Source: an uncultured Gammaproteobacteria bacterium
GTDB lineage: Bacteria; Pseudomonadota; Gammaproteobacteria; UBA9214
NCBI GenBank assembly: GCA_963827755.1
Contig: CAWHCQ010000028.1
Location: forward strand, 1 to 64,000
DNA length: 64,000 nt
Reading direction: 5' to 3'
In this document: positions 1 to 9,895 of the stretch, in pieces
How positions within the stretch are numbered: the first letter of the stretch is position 1
Layout: each line of letters opens with the position of its first letter
The notes under the pieces: generated by a model
Told to the model about the DNA's origin: nothing
The model's database searches: none
The model's input: only the letters and a program-made list of their open reading frames with translations
Made by a program: the position numbers and the translations under genes

Positions 1-3
1 TAC

Positions 4-940
4 TTACGCACAGTTCTTGTCGGCAATCCTGGCACCGCGTTCTTTCATACGTGAGTCAAAACGCTCCTGCGCTTCCTTGTGACGCAGATCAGAGGCCTTG
101 CGGAACTCTTCCATGCGGGCATCCATTTCCTGCCTGCGGGCAGCACGCTCTTCATCCATCTTGCGCATGAAGTCATCGCCGTACATTGCAGGCTGTACGC
201 CAAAAGCAGGTGCCGGCTGGTTTGCATAGAACTCGGCATGACGCTGTTCAGCAGCCTTGCGGGACTCTTCCATGCGGGCTTCCATTTCCTTGACACGAGC
301 AGCATGCTCTTCGTCCATCTTTTGCATGAAGTCGTCGCCATAGACTGCAGGCTGAACGTCAAAAGCAGGAGCCGGCCGGTTTGCATAGAACCCGGCATGG
401 CGCTGTTCAGCAGCCTTGCGGGACTCTTCCATGCGGGCTTCCATTTCCTTCATACGTGCAGCACGCTCTTCATCCATCTTGCGCATGAAGTCATCGCCAT
501 ACATTGCAGGCTGTGCGCTGTAAAGCAGGAGCCGGCTGGTTTGCATAGAACTCGGCAGCCTGCTTCTGGGCAGCCTGCATCTGTTCAACATACTTCGCCT
601 GCTGGTCAGCAATCGCTGCCTGCTGGTCGGCAATCGCCTTCTGCTGCTCTTCCGTCAGCACTGCAGGGGCAACCGGTGCAGCGTAAGGGGCATAGCCGTA
701 AGGCGCGTAGCCATAACCATTGTAGCCGTTGTAACCGTTATAACCGCGACCATAGCCACGACCGTGACCGCGACCACTGAAGCCCATGTTGAAACCGAAA
801 TCACCGTCGAAGGCGCCGTCGCCGAAACCGTCACCATAGCCGTTGTTACCCCAGCCGTTGTCACCCCAGCCCCACGCAGAAACGGACGCGGAAGCGACAG
901 CCATCGATACAGCGGAAATTACCGTAGCAATCTTTTTCAT
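4..940 (-). CDS. Sulfur globule envelope protein-like (SgpA/B, CV1-type N-terminus) with C-terminal coiled-coil repeats; +1 frameshift near 522
   Basis: ATG at 940 after GGAGA; signal peptide [23 protein letters not shown], then Gly/Tyr/Asn-rich [16 protein letters not shown]...[12 protein letters not shown]. Reading continues in ORF 4..633 if one extra T (minus strand, GCTTTAC) is removed. Confidence 0.75.
95..560 (-). repeat. About 3 tandem 159-bp (53-aa) coding repeats, [20 protein letters not shown]...[14 protein letters not shown]
   Basis: The motif gaagtc(a/g)tcgcc ends at 180, 339 and 498 (period 159). Confidence 0.9.
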
Positions 941-1502
941 GATTATATCTCCATTAAGTAAGGTAAAAAAACAGGTCGAAAATTCTTTCCGGAAAGACCA
1001 CACCCGGATGGATAATAAGTATATTAATATTTTCTTATAATACAATAATCATTTTACTTATAGGCACATAAGTAATTTATTGTTAGAGGGGAATAGCCAG
1101 CGAGTTCGGCGGGGGTCAGCTTGTGCCACAGGATAAAGCCCGAAAAATATTAAAATCGTTCTAATACAATATTTAACACGCAGCCCTGGACTAATTTTCA
1201 GACCGTCGAACGGCAGCCGGCTCGGCACAGGTTTGAATTACCAGAGCGGCTATCGCTCCGGCTACAGCAGGCGTCAGCGTCTCAGCGTGCTGAAACCCAC
1301 AGTGTAGACGGCAAAGACCATCTGCCGGGCCGGTTGCCTGTTGCCCTGTGCAAGGGTTCATCCAGAGAGGTTCGCCTGAAGACATGCTGTGCCCTGAAGC
1401 CATGTGAGGCAGCAACACTGCCACGCATCCCGGACCCGGATTGTTTGCCCGCAACGAACTGGATGCCGGCCCCATCAAGATTCAGGTCAGCTGTCTGGAT
1501 AG

Positions 1503-1973
1503 TTAGCGTGATGCCAGTCGGGCATGGTCAAGAAACTGCTTTACATGGTCGAACGCCGCCAGCAGGTTTTTGTTCGCTGCCGCTGACAGCGGCAGCCCGA
1601 GGCCGAATTCGTAACCGCGGATGGACAGCAGCCAGGCCGGTGGCGGCATGCTGCCATTGACCTGCTGGTATACGGACAACAGTGCCTGCGGGCTCATCGC
1701 ATGCGTGGTATAGCTGGTGTCCTGTTCCGGCTGCAAGCAAACAAGCTCGAATGGTGCGTTTGCCGATATACTCGCGTCCACGAACAGCACGCGCTTGCGA
1801 GCTTCGAGGTCGATGCAGTGTTCAATCTGCAGCTGGAAGTCGGTGAGCAGATCGACAGCGTTGAAATCTTCCTGCAGCAATAGTTCATACATCGCCGGAC
1901 CGAGTGCATCATCGCCGCGCGAGGGGTTGCCCCAGGTGAAAACAAGGTCCGGCTTGATACAATGCTGTTGCAT
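1503..1973 (-). CDS. hoxW: Hydrogenase maturation protease
   Basis: GNPSRGDDALG, FVDA and THAMSP motifs; directly downstream of hoxH. Confidence 0.85.
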   Translation of the reverse strand: MQQHCIKPDLVFTWGNPSRGDDALGPAMYELLLQEDFNAVDLLTDFQLQIEHCIDLEARKRVLFVDASISANAPFELVCLQPEQDTSYTTHAMSPQALLSVYQQVNGSMPPPAWLLSIRGYEFGLGLPLSAAANKNLLAAFDHVKQFLDHARLASR

Positions 1974-1980
1974 GGGTTGA

Positions 1981-2004
1981 TGGCCGAATGAATTCGGCCC
2001 TACA
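1981..2004 (-). repeat. REP-like palindrome GTAG-GGCCGAAT-TC-ATTCGGCC
   Basis: GTAG tetranucleotide followed by an 8-bp stem; related copies at 3607-3699. Confidence 0.7.
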
Positions 2005-2057
2005 ATGCTGATCCAGCCGGACGATCTGGCTCGTTCATTTGCATGGTTCGTTCCCGA

Positions 2058-3551
2058 TCAGGAAACTGTACGCCGTATCTCTCCCGTGGAGCGCTTTTCG
2101 AGCCTGTCGATGACTTCGTCCTGTTCGTTTACGAGGATGACTTCCAGTGGCATTTTGCCCATTGCGTGCGTGGCGCATGACAGACAGGGATCATAGGCAC
2201 GAATCGCGACTTCAATCTGATTCAGCATCGGTTCAGTCAACTGCTTGCCATCGAGGTACATGCCCGATACCTGGCGAATGGACTCGTTCATTGCCTGGTT
2301 ATTATTGGTGGTGGAGACGATCAGGTTGGCCTTGTTGACGATGCCGTCATCATCCATCTCGTAGTGGTGAAACAGGGTGCCGCGAGGTGCCTCGATCACG
2401 CCGATGCCGCAGCTCTGCAGCTCACCCTTGTTGAGCAGGTCTGTGCCGCTGATATCGGGATCGAGCAGCAGTTCCCGGATGGCCTCGGTGCAGTGCAGCA
2501 GTTCGATCAGGCGCGCCCAGTGGAACGCGAGCGTGGCCTGTACGGGGCTGCCGCCAGCGGCTTCCTTGAAGAGTTTGCGCTGCTCTTCGGCCAGCGGCGT
2601 ACTGAAATAATCGCAGTTGTTCACGCGTGCCAGCGGCCCGACCCGGTACCAGCCGTTTTCTGCGCCGAGGGCCTCGATGAACGGAAACTTCATGTAGCTC
2701 CAGTTCTTCACCCCTTCGCGGATGTAGTCGGCGTAACGGGTGTAATCGACGTGGTCGAAAATCGTGCCGCCGTCCGCGTCCCGCGCACGCAGCCCGCCGT
2801 GGTAGATATCGAATTCACCATTCGCGCCGACCATGCTCAGCATATTGGTATCGATCGTGGCGAAGGCCATGTGGTAATCGAGGTGTTCGAAGAAAATGCG
2901 TTTTATCAGCTCGACCGCGTCCTGGCCCCATTGCACCATCTGCTCGATGTCTTTTTGCAGGTAGGCGACTTCTTCGCGGTTCAGTGATTTGTTGACACCA
3001 CCCGGGATCGCACCGGTGCCGTGGATACGCTTGCCGGAGGTAAGTCGAATGACTTCCTGGCCGTATTTGCGCAACAGTACGCCCTGTTTGGCGATGTCCG
3101 GATTGTCTTCGATGACACCGACAATATTACGGTGGCGGACATCGTCATCGAAACCGAACAGCAGGTCAGGTGAGCACAGATGGAAAAAATGCAGCGCGTG
3201 CGACTGCAGGGTTTGGCCAAAGTGCATCATGCGACGGATCTTCTCGGCTGTCGGTGTCAGCTCTGTGGTGCCGACCAGCATATCGGTGGCCTTGGCCGCG
3301 GCAAGGTGGTGGCTGACCGGGCAGATGCCGCAGAGGCGCTGTACCAGCACCGGCAGTTCCCAGTAGGGCCTGCCCTGGATAAACTTCTCGAAGCCACGGA
3401 ACTCGACGATATGCAGCCGCGCCTGCTTGATTTGCAGGTTCTCATCCTGCAGCAGAGTCACCTTGCCGTGACCCTCGACACGGGTCAGCGGCTCGATCAC
3501 GATGCGTTCAAGTTTTTCCGGGTTGGCGGCGGTTTCGAGGTTTGATGTCAT
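2058..3551 (-). CDS. hoxH: NAD-reducing (group 3d) [NiFe]-hydrogenase large subunit
   Basis: TRVEGHGK, Ni-binding RLCGIC and DPCLSCATH motifs, C-terminal extension. Confidence 0.95.
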   Translation of the reverse strand: MTSNLETAANPEKLERIVIEPLTRVEGHGKVTLLQDENLQIKQARLHIVEFRGFEKFIQGRPYWELPVLVQRLCGICPVSHHLAAAKATDMLVGTTELTPTAEKIRRMMHFGQTLQSHALHFFHLCSPDLLFGFDDDVRHRNIVGVIEDNPDIAKQGVLLRKYGQEVIRLTSGKRIHGTGAIPGGVNKSLNREEVAYLQKDIEQMVQWGQDAVELIKRIFFEHLDYHMAFATIDTNMLSMVGANGEFDIYHGGLRARDADGGTIFDHVDYTRYADYIREGVKNWSYMKFPFIEALGAENGWYRVGPLARVNNCDYFSTPLAEEQRKLFKEAAGGSPVQATLAFHWARLIELLHCTEAIRELLLDPDISGTDLLNKGELQSCGIGVIEAPRGTLFHHYEMDDDGIVNKANLIVSTTNNNQAMNESIRQVSGMYLDGKQLTEPMLNQIEVAIRAYDPCLSCATHAMGKMPLEVILVNEQDEVIDRLEKRSTGEIRRTVS

Positions 3552-3606
3552 CACTGGGTTCCTTGGACAATATGTCAGTACATATTCATTAACAGGTTAC
3601 ACCTGC

Positions 3607-3699
3607 TGGTCGAATGAATTCGACCCTACCAGACAGCTTGCACCTGTATGGCCGAATTTATTCGGCCAATGCAGGTGGTCGAGCGAATCCGAACCTTCC
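3607..3699. repeat. Cluster of three REP-like palindromes between hoxY and hoxH
   Basis: 3607-3630 (minus strand, GTAGGGTCGAATTCATTCGACC), 3645-3668 (plus strand, GTATGGCCGAATTTATTCGGCC) and a degenerate copy at 3676-3699. Confidence 0.65.
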
Positions 3700-3714
3700 A
3701 TGGAGTAAGGTCCG

Positions 3715-4254
3715 CTAATCATAATGGATCTGTTCATAAGGAAAGCTGACCGGCTTGCCTTCTATCAGCTCGGTCAGGAATGTCCAGATGGCATCGGCCG
3801 ATGGCGGGCAGCCGGGCAGGAAATGGTCAACCTTGACCACCTCGTGAATCGGGTGCACCTTGTTCAGCAGCATCGGGATTTCCACGTCATTCGGTATCTG
3901 CGGGTTGACCACGCCGATGCCGTCGATATAGGCCTCCTCGAGGCATTCCTTCAGCTCGAATGAATTGCGCATGGCCGGTATGCCGCCGTTTACCGCGCAG
4001 GCACCCACCGCCACCAGCACCTTGCAATGCTTGCGGAATTCGCGCAGCACTTCGACGTTTTCTGCGTTGGCGACGCCGCCCTCGATGAGGCCGATATCGC
4101 AATCACCGACCGTCTTGATATCGGTGATCGGTGAACGGTCGAATTCCACCAGCTTCACCAGCTCAAGAATGCGTTCATCGATATCCAGCAGCGACATGTG
4201 ACAGCCGAAACAGCCGCACAACGACGCAGTTGCAACCCTGATTTTATCCGCCAT
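3715..4254 (-). CDS. hoxY: Hydrogenase small subunit
   Basis: MADKIRVATASLCGCFGCHMS, GACA and PGCPP motifs. Confidence 0.93.
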   Translation of the reverse strand: MADKIRVATASLCGCFGCHMSLLDIDERILELVKLVEFDRSPITDIKTVGDCDIGLIEGGVANAENVEVLREFRKHCKVLVAVGACAVNGGIPAMRNSFELKECLEEAYIDGIGVVNPQIPNDVEIPMLLNKVHPIHEVVKVDHFLPGCPPSADAIWTFLTELIEGKPVSFPYEQIHYD

Positions 4255-4987
4255 GTCCATCTCCCTGGTCGTCGGGTTCGTGTGCGGCGACATCGCCGAC
4301 GATGCTGATTGGCTGCCTGTCATAGAGGCGCTCACCGATGGGCTGGTCGTAACCGCGGTGTTTGGGCAGGATCGCACCGACCGGGCAGACATGGGCGGCC
4401 TTGTCGCTGGCGCTGAAAGTACTGTCGCCGAGTTTGCCAGTGGGCGAGTTAATCGTCAGCTGGCTGCCAATGCCGCGGCCAGTGATGGAGAACACGTTCT
4501 TGTGGTCAATATCGCGGCTGGCGCGTACGCACAGTTCACAGAGGATACAACGGTTGAAATCAATCGCGGTATCCGGATGCGAGGCATCCACGGAGCGCTG
4601 CGGGAAAAAATGGGTGTAGTGAGGCGACAGCATGCCGGTGTAGTAGGCAACGGCCTGCAGCTGACAGGCTCCGCTTTTTTCACAGCCGGGACACATATGG
4701 TTGCCCTCGACGAACAACATTTGCAGCAGGTTGCGGCGCTCCTCGACGATGGCATCGGAACCGTTGTCCACCTCCAGCCCCGCGGCTGCCGGATGGGTAC
4801 AGGCGGACACCTGGCGGCCATTGACCTCGACGATGCACACACGGCAGCTGCCGTGCGGTGTGAATTCGGGATTATGGCAGAGGTGCGGTATGTAGGCGCC
4901 AGCCCGCATCGCGGCATCCATGATGGTGTCGCCGTCGCTGAATTCTATGGCAATGCCGTCGAGTGTAAAAGTATTAGTGTCGCTCAC
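4244..4987 (-). CDS. hoxU: Diaphorase Fe-S subunit
   Basis: IPHLC...GSCRVC...SAC, HMCPGCEKSGAC and RCILCELCVRAS; NuoG N-terminal-like. Confidence 0.93.
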   Translation of the reverse strand: MSDTNTFTLDGIAIEFSDGDTIMDAAMRAGAYIPHLCHNPEFTPHGSCRVCIVEVNGRQVSACTHPAAAGLEVDNGSDAIVEERRNLLQMLFVEGNHMCPGCEKSGACQLQAVAYYTGMLSPHYTHFFPQRSVDASHPDTAIDFNRCILCELCVRASRDIDHKNVFSITGRGIGSQLTINSPTGKLGDSTFSASDKAAHVCPVGAILPKHRGYDQPIGERLYDRQPISIVGDVAAHEPDDQGDGHGG

Positions 4988-6792
4988 GAATTGCCTCCGA
5001 TGTGTGCGCCGGCATCATCACGTCCGGTAATATCTCGCGCTTCCTGCAGGGCAGCATCGAGATCGAACGCCGGCTCGTAGCCGCTATGGGCAAGCCGGTC
5101 TTCGAGCAGGTGTGGAAACCGGTTCAGCAAGTCAAGCACCGGGTTTGGCGCAGTGGTGCCAAGGCCGCATTGACTGGTGTTTTTCATCAGGGCGCCGAGC
5201 TGTCTCATTTCTTCAACATCGTACTGCGTGGCATGCCCGTTGACGAGCTTGTCGACCAGGTCCTTTAACAGCGAACCACCGACGCGGCAGGGTGTACAGA
5301 AACCGCAGCTTTCGTGCACGAAGAAATGCGCAAAGTTCTGCACCATGTCGAGAAGCTTGCGCTCGTTGCTGAACACCATGAACGAGCCGCCGGTCGCGAC
5401 GTCTTCGAAGGAGATGCAGCGTCCGCTATCGGCCATTGGCAGGGTGGTGCCTGCCGCGCCGGCAATCTGCACTGCCTGGGTATCTTTTGCGCCGCAGTCT
5501 TCGAGAACCTGTTTAATGGTGACGCCGAACGGATATTCGTAGATGCCGGGGCGTTCGCAGTCGCCGCTGATGCTGAGCAGCCTGGTGCCGGTGGACTCTG
5601 CTGTACCGGCACTGCAGAACCAGTCGGCGCCCAGGGCGGCAATTTTGGCAGCTGCCATGAAGGTCTCGACGTTGTTGACTACAGTTGGTTGATTCATGTA
5701 GCCGTGCGTCACCGGAAAGGGTGGACGGTTACGCGGGATGCCGCGCTTGCCTTCCAGTGATTCGATCAGCGACGACTCCTCGCCGCAGATATAGGCACCG
5801 GCACCAAGGTGGATTTCAATGTCGAAGTCGAAGCCGTGCTTGCCGAGTATGGCTTGCCCAAGCAGGCCGTTTTCACGGCGCTGTTGCAGTACATGTTCCA
5901 GCGGCTCGAGCAGGTAGCGGTACTCTCCGCGCAGGTAGAGATAGCCATGACGTGCGCCGATCACGCCGGCGCACAGGGTCATGCCCTCGAAAACACTGTC
6001 GGCGTAGCTGTTCAGCAAGACCCGGTCCTTGAAGGTGCCGGGTTCACCTTCGTCGGCATTACAGACGACGTAATGGTTATCGCCTTTGGCCTGTTTACAG
6101 AAACGCCATTTCATGGCGGTGCGAAAGCCTGCGCCACCGCGGCCGCGCAGTCCGGATTTTTCGATAACATCGAGTATGGCATCGCCACTGCTTTCAAGCA
6201 GCACACGCAGGGCGCTGCCAGCGGGGCTGGCGAGCCTGGTTTCATCCGCGAGCAACAAATCACGCCGCCGAATATTGTCTTCAAGCTGGAAAAATTCGGC
6301 CGGCCATTGTGAGACTTCGGTACCTGACTCGATCAAGGTGCAGACTTGCTCGATACGGCTGCTGTCAAGCCGGCTGACTACCTCGCCATTGACCAGCATG
6401 GCGGGTCCCTGGTCGCAGATGCCGGTGCAGGAAGTGGTGTCAACCGTGACCCGGCCATCGGCGCGCGGTACACCGGTTTTCACGCCAAGCGTGGTGCAGA
6501 GTTGTTGCAGCAACTCGCGCGAGCCAAGCATGTGATCGGTAATGCTGTCGCTGAGCATGATGTCATAGTCGCCGCGCGCCTGTTCATGCAGGAAGGAATA
6601 GAATCCGATGACACCGCGAATTTCAGACTCGGGCAGTTGCAGCAGGGCAGCGAGTTGAGTGATCGCACTAGCGGGAATGTGCGACATGCGGTGCTGGATC
6701 TGGACCAGGTACTGCAACAGGCGCGATCGCTCGGATTCGCGACCTGCGTCGGCAGATGCAACTATCGAATTGATAATTTCATCGTTTGTCAT
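4984..6792 (-). CDS. hoxF: Diaphorase flavoprotein subunit (NuoE-like + NuoF-like)
   Basis: GLRGRGGAGF, NADEGEPGTFKDR, GAGAYICGEESSL and ESCGFCTPCR motifs. Confidence 0.95.
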   Translation of the reverse strand: MTNDEIINSIVASADAGRESERSRLLQYLVQIQHRMSHIPASAITQLAALLQLPESEIRGVIGFYSFLHEQARGDYDIMLSDSITDHMLGSRELLQQLCTTLGVKTGVPRADGRVTVDTTSCTGICDQGPAMLVNGEVVSRLDSSRIEQVCTLIESGTEVSQWPAEFFQLEDNIRRRDLLLADETRLASPAGSALRVLLESSGDAILDVIEKSGLRGRGGAGFRTAMKWRFCKQAKGDNHYVVCNADEGEPGTFKDRVLLNSYADSVFEGMTLCAGVIGARHGYLYLRGEYRYLLEPLEHVLQQRRENGLLGQAILGKHGFDFDIEIHLGAGAYICGEESSLIESLEGKRGIPRNRPPFPVTHGYMNQPTVVNNVETFMAAAKIAALGADWFCSAGTAESTGTRLLSISGDCERPGIYEYPFGVTIKQVLEDCGAKDTQAVQIAGAAGTTLPMADSGRCISFEDVATGGSFMVFSNERKLLDMVQNFAHFFVHESCGFCTPCRVGGSLLKDLVDKLVNGHATQYDVEEMRQLGALMKNTSQCGLGTTAPNPVLDLLNRFPHLLEDRLAHSGYEPAFDLDAALQEARDITGRDDAGAHIGGNS

Positions 6793-6978
6793 ATTTCGAA
6801 TCCATGTTTGTACCTGATATATACTTTGCCATTGTCCATGTCGGCTTGCCGTGCCTGCCCGCCTCTCCGAACCGCGGCTGGATCCAGGACACAAAATGCC
6901 GCTTTTTACCCGCTTGTCCAGCCCACATCCCCCGGCCAGTGGGCGTCAGCTTACCGTGCGCAGGACCGGCGACGCAAA

Positions 6979-7052
6979 TGGAGCGGGTGATGGGAATCGA
7001 ACCCACGTTTGAAGCTTGGGAAGCTCCAGTTCTACCATTGAACTACACCCGC
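6979..7052 (-). tRNA. tRNA-Gly(CCC)
   Basis: Reverse complement GCGGGTGTAGTTCAATGGTAGAACTGGAGCTTCCCAAGCTTCAAACGTGGGTTCGATTCCCATCACCCGCTCCA; cloverleaf with encoded CCA. Confidence 0.97.
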
Positions 7053-7225
7053 AGACTGGCAGACGCCCATGAGTTTACAGCCGACAGCGGTCAGGAGTCA
7101 CCACCTGATGGTGGAGGAATGATGCCGTTTCATGTGGCGTTTCCCTGGTAGCCGCCGAACCAGCAACAGTTTAATTGGTCTATGATGGGTGTCAAACAGG
7201 AAATCGATGATCCAGGAGGATCGAT

Positions 7226-7711
7226 ATGCACCCGAAAATCCATTCCCGGCGCGCGCGCCGCATGACATTGATCCTGATCGGCCTGCTGGCCGGCATTTTT
7301 GCAAGTCAGCCGGCAACGGCACACCACACCGAAAGCCACTTCGAGGATTCCAGCGCCCACACAATTGTCTACCAGCTCAACAAGGCGGATCCGGATTACC
7401 TGCAACACGTGCTTTTTTCGGCCGGTGAATTACTGCGCAAATACGGCGATGATGTTGAAATAGTCATTGCCGCATTCGGGCCGGGTCTGCACCTTATCGG
7501 CAAGAATCCCGGTCGCCCGATCGCTGCCGGGTTGCAACAGCGCGCAAGTTCACTGGCAGCATACGGTGTGGCATTTCACGCCTGCGGCAATACCATGAAA
7601 TCACTGGGATGGACTGAAAAAGACCTGCTGCCTTTTGCAAAAATCGTCCCCATCGGGGTCGATGACGTCATGCAACTGCAGGAGAAAGGCTTTAGCTATA
7701 TCAGCTGGTAG
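7226..7711 (+). CDS. Exported DsrE-family protein
   Basis: Signal peptide; VIAAFGPGLHL, FHACGNTM and VPIGV...LQEKGFSYI motifs. Confidence 0.8.
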   Translation: MHPKIHSRRARRMTLILIGLLAGIFASQPATAHHTESHFEDSSAHTIVYQLNKADPDYLQHVLFSAGELLRKYGDDVEIVIAAFGPGLHLIGKNPGRPIAAGLQQRASSLAAYGVAFHACGNTMKSLGWTEKDLLPFAKIVPIGVDDVMQLQEKGFSYISW

Positions 7712-7747
7712 CCGGCGAAATACCGAATGGCGCGACCCGCAAGCAGT

Positions 7748-9580
7748 TCAATCCGGGGCACTTGAATACAATGCTTCGATTTCGGCGGAGAATTTTTTCA
7801 GTACACGGGCGCGTTTCACCTTGAGTGTCGGGGTGAGCAAGCCGTCGTCGATACTCCAGGGTTCGAGGCTCAGGATCACCCGGCGAATCTTTGCGTAACC
7901 GGGAAAATCCTTTAGATAGCCCCTGATTTCCCTGACCAGTCCGGCCATCAGCTTTTCATTTGCGAGGCTGCTTTCATCATCGGCATCGAGCCCGTATTTT
8001 TTTGCAAGCGCGGGCCACTCGTCAGGGTTCAGCACCAGGATCGCCGCCAGGAAGGATCGGCCCTCGCCGATTACCAGCGCCTGGTCAATGCGGGGTGAGA
8101 GGCAAATCGCCAGTTCCATGTCCATGGGCGGCACCTTCTCGCCGTTGGACAGGACCAGGATATCCTTGATGCGTCCCGTAATATAGATATGCCCGTCTTC
8201 AATGCGCGCCTGGTCACCGGTGTGCAGCCAGCCATCGGTATCGATTATTTCTGCCGTCGCCGCATGGTTGTTCCAGTAGCCCTTCATCATGCCGGGGGTC
8301 TTGACCAGCAATTCATCATTCTCGCCGATACGGACCTCCACGCCATTCAGCGGGATGCCGACACTGCCGGGTTCATTGTCATCCGGTACATTGACGCTGA
8401 TCACCGGGCTGGTCTCGGTCAGGCCATAGCCCTGCAGGATCGGGACACCCAGCCCGATAAAGGTCTTCGCAACCGGCAGCGACAGGGCCGCCCCGCCACT
8501 GACCGCCATGCGCAGGCGTCCACCCAGTTTTGCGGTCACCTTTCCCGCGACCAGCTGTTTCATCAGCGGCCAGGCCAGCAACCGCGGATGCCAGGAAGCG
8601 CGTTTCTGCTGACGTTGAAAACGGTGCCAGCCGATGCTGGTCGTCATCCCGAACAGCGCGCGCTTCAACCCGGACTGCCTGCTCATCTGGCCCTGGATAC
8701 GCGCGAACACTTTTTCAAAAATACGCGGCACGGCAATCAACACGGTCGGCTGGATGTTTTGCAGGTCCTCGCCAAGCTGCGCGATGGAGCGGGCATAGGC
8801 CACGGCAGAGCCGGACATGACCGGCAGGTAATAGCCGGCGGTACGCTCCAGGGTATGTGACAGCGGCAGGAAGGAGAGGAATAAATCCTCCTGGTAGGCA
8901 TCAATCATGGTCAACGCCGAATGGGCGATTGACAACATGTTGTAATGCGACAGCATCACACCTTTCGGACGTCCGGTGGTCCCCGAGGTGTAGACAATGG
9001 ATGCAAGCGCATGCGGATCACCCGCACGTTTCTGCATGGGCCCGGCTTGCGCCGGCAGCCAGTCCGGAACTATACGCACCCGTTTATCCCGGAGGACCTC
9101 CGCAGACGCAGACATTTTCGACGGGTTCAATAACAACACCCGCTGCAGGTCTTCCTGCCCGGCCAGTGCCGGCGCGAGCCGTTTCCAGACAGAGGCATCG
9201 TTTACCAGCAACAGCTTTACCGCCGAATCATCCAGGATATAGGCAATATTATCCGGCCGGTCATCGGTATACAGGGGCACGATCACCAGGCCGCACGCCA
9301 GCGCCGCCTGGTCAAAGCACACCCACTCCATGCTGTTGCGCAGGTGAACGGCTACCCGGTCACCCGGCAATAATCCCTCGTCCTGCAGCGCCGCGTGCCA
9401 GCGTGAGATCTCCCGGCCCGTCTCCCCCCAGCTGGTATCACGCCAGGTCTTCGTGGCTGCATCGAAGCTGCGATAGGCCAGTGCCTCCGGGGTGCGCCGC
9501 ACACGCTCGACCATCAGGCCGTCCAGCGTCCCCGCGACCTCCGCCGAGATAATATCCTCTGTCATCAAGGTCATAAGCAA
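7748..9580 (-). CDS. Long-chain-fatty-acid--CoA ligase (AMP-binding, FAA1-like)
   Basis: YTSGTTGRPKGVMLSH, QGYGLTETSP, GWLHTGD and LTPTLKVKR motifs. Confidence 0.92.
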   Translation of the reverse strand: MLMTLMTEDIISAEVAGTLDGLMVERVRRTPEALAYRSFDAATKTWRDTSWGETGREISRWHAALQDEGLLPGDRVAVHLRNSMEWVCFDQAALACGLVIVPLYTDDRPDNIAYILDDSAVKLLLVNDASVWKRLAPALAGQEDLQRVLLLNPSKMSASAEVLRDKRVRIVPDWLPAQAGPMQKRAGDPHALASIVYTSGTTGRPKGVMLSHYNMLSIAHSALTMIDAYQEDLFLSFLPLSHTLERTAGYYLPVMSGSAVAYARSIAQLGEDLQNIQPTVLIAVPRIFEKVFARIQGQMSRQSGLKRALFGMTTSIGWHRFQRQQKRASWHPRLLAWPLMKQLVAGKVTAKLGGRLRMAVSGGAALSLPVAKTFIGLGVPILQGYGLTETSPVISVNVPDDNEPGSVGIPLNGVEVRIGENDELLVKTPGMMKGYWNNHAATAEIIDTDGWLHTGDQARIEDGHIYITGRIKDILVLSNGEKVPPMDMELAICLSPRIDQALVIGEGRSFLAAILVLNPDEWPALAKKYGLDADDESSLANEKLMAGLVREIRGYLKDFPGYAKIRRVILSLEPWSIDDGLLTPTLKVKRARVLKKFSAEIEALYSSAPD

Positions 9581-9641
9581 TTCCCCGGCTACTTATGCAA
9601 CATTGGGCCAAGCCGATATGATTACGGTAGAATACGTGGCC

Positions 9642-9842
9642 ATGAATATTATTCTCAACGGCGCCCCCAGGGACGTGCCCGACAATCTGAGTGCCAGCGA
9701 ATTACTGCTGTCACTGGATCTTGCCGACAAGCGCCTGGCCCTTGAGATTAACCGGGAAATTATCCCGCGCAGCAGCTTCGCCCATCACACCATCAATCCC
9801 GGCGACCAGGTGGAAATCGTGCACGCCATCGGCGGGGGTTAA
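9642..9842 (+). CDS. thiS: Sulfur carrier protein ThiS
   Basis: MNIILNG...VEIVHAIGGG with C-terminal GG; directly upstream of thiG. Confidence 0.92.
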   Translation: MNIILNGAPRDVPDNLSASELLLSLDLADKRLALEINREIIPRSSFAHHTINPGDQVEIVHAIGGG

Positions 9843-9895
9843 ACAGCCCCGCACCTACCACCGTCATTCGCCCAGTATCAAAGAGTTAGCGAGCT

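Noticed and set aside
95-560. Regularly spaced repeats as a CRISPR array
   Set aside because: They are contiguous 159-bp in-frame coding repeats with no unique spacers and no cas genes.
1046-1500. ORFs 1191..1478 and 1334..1660
   Set aside because: No recognisable motifs or RBS; probably spurious.
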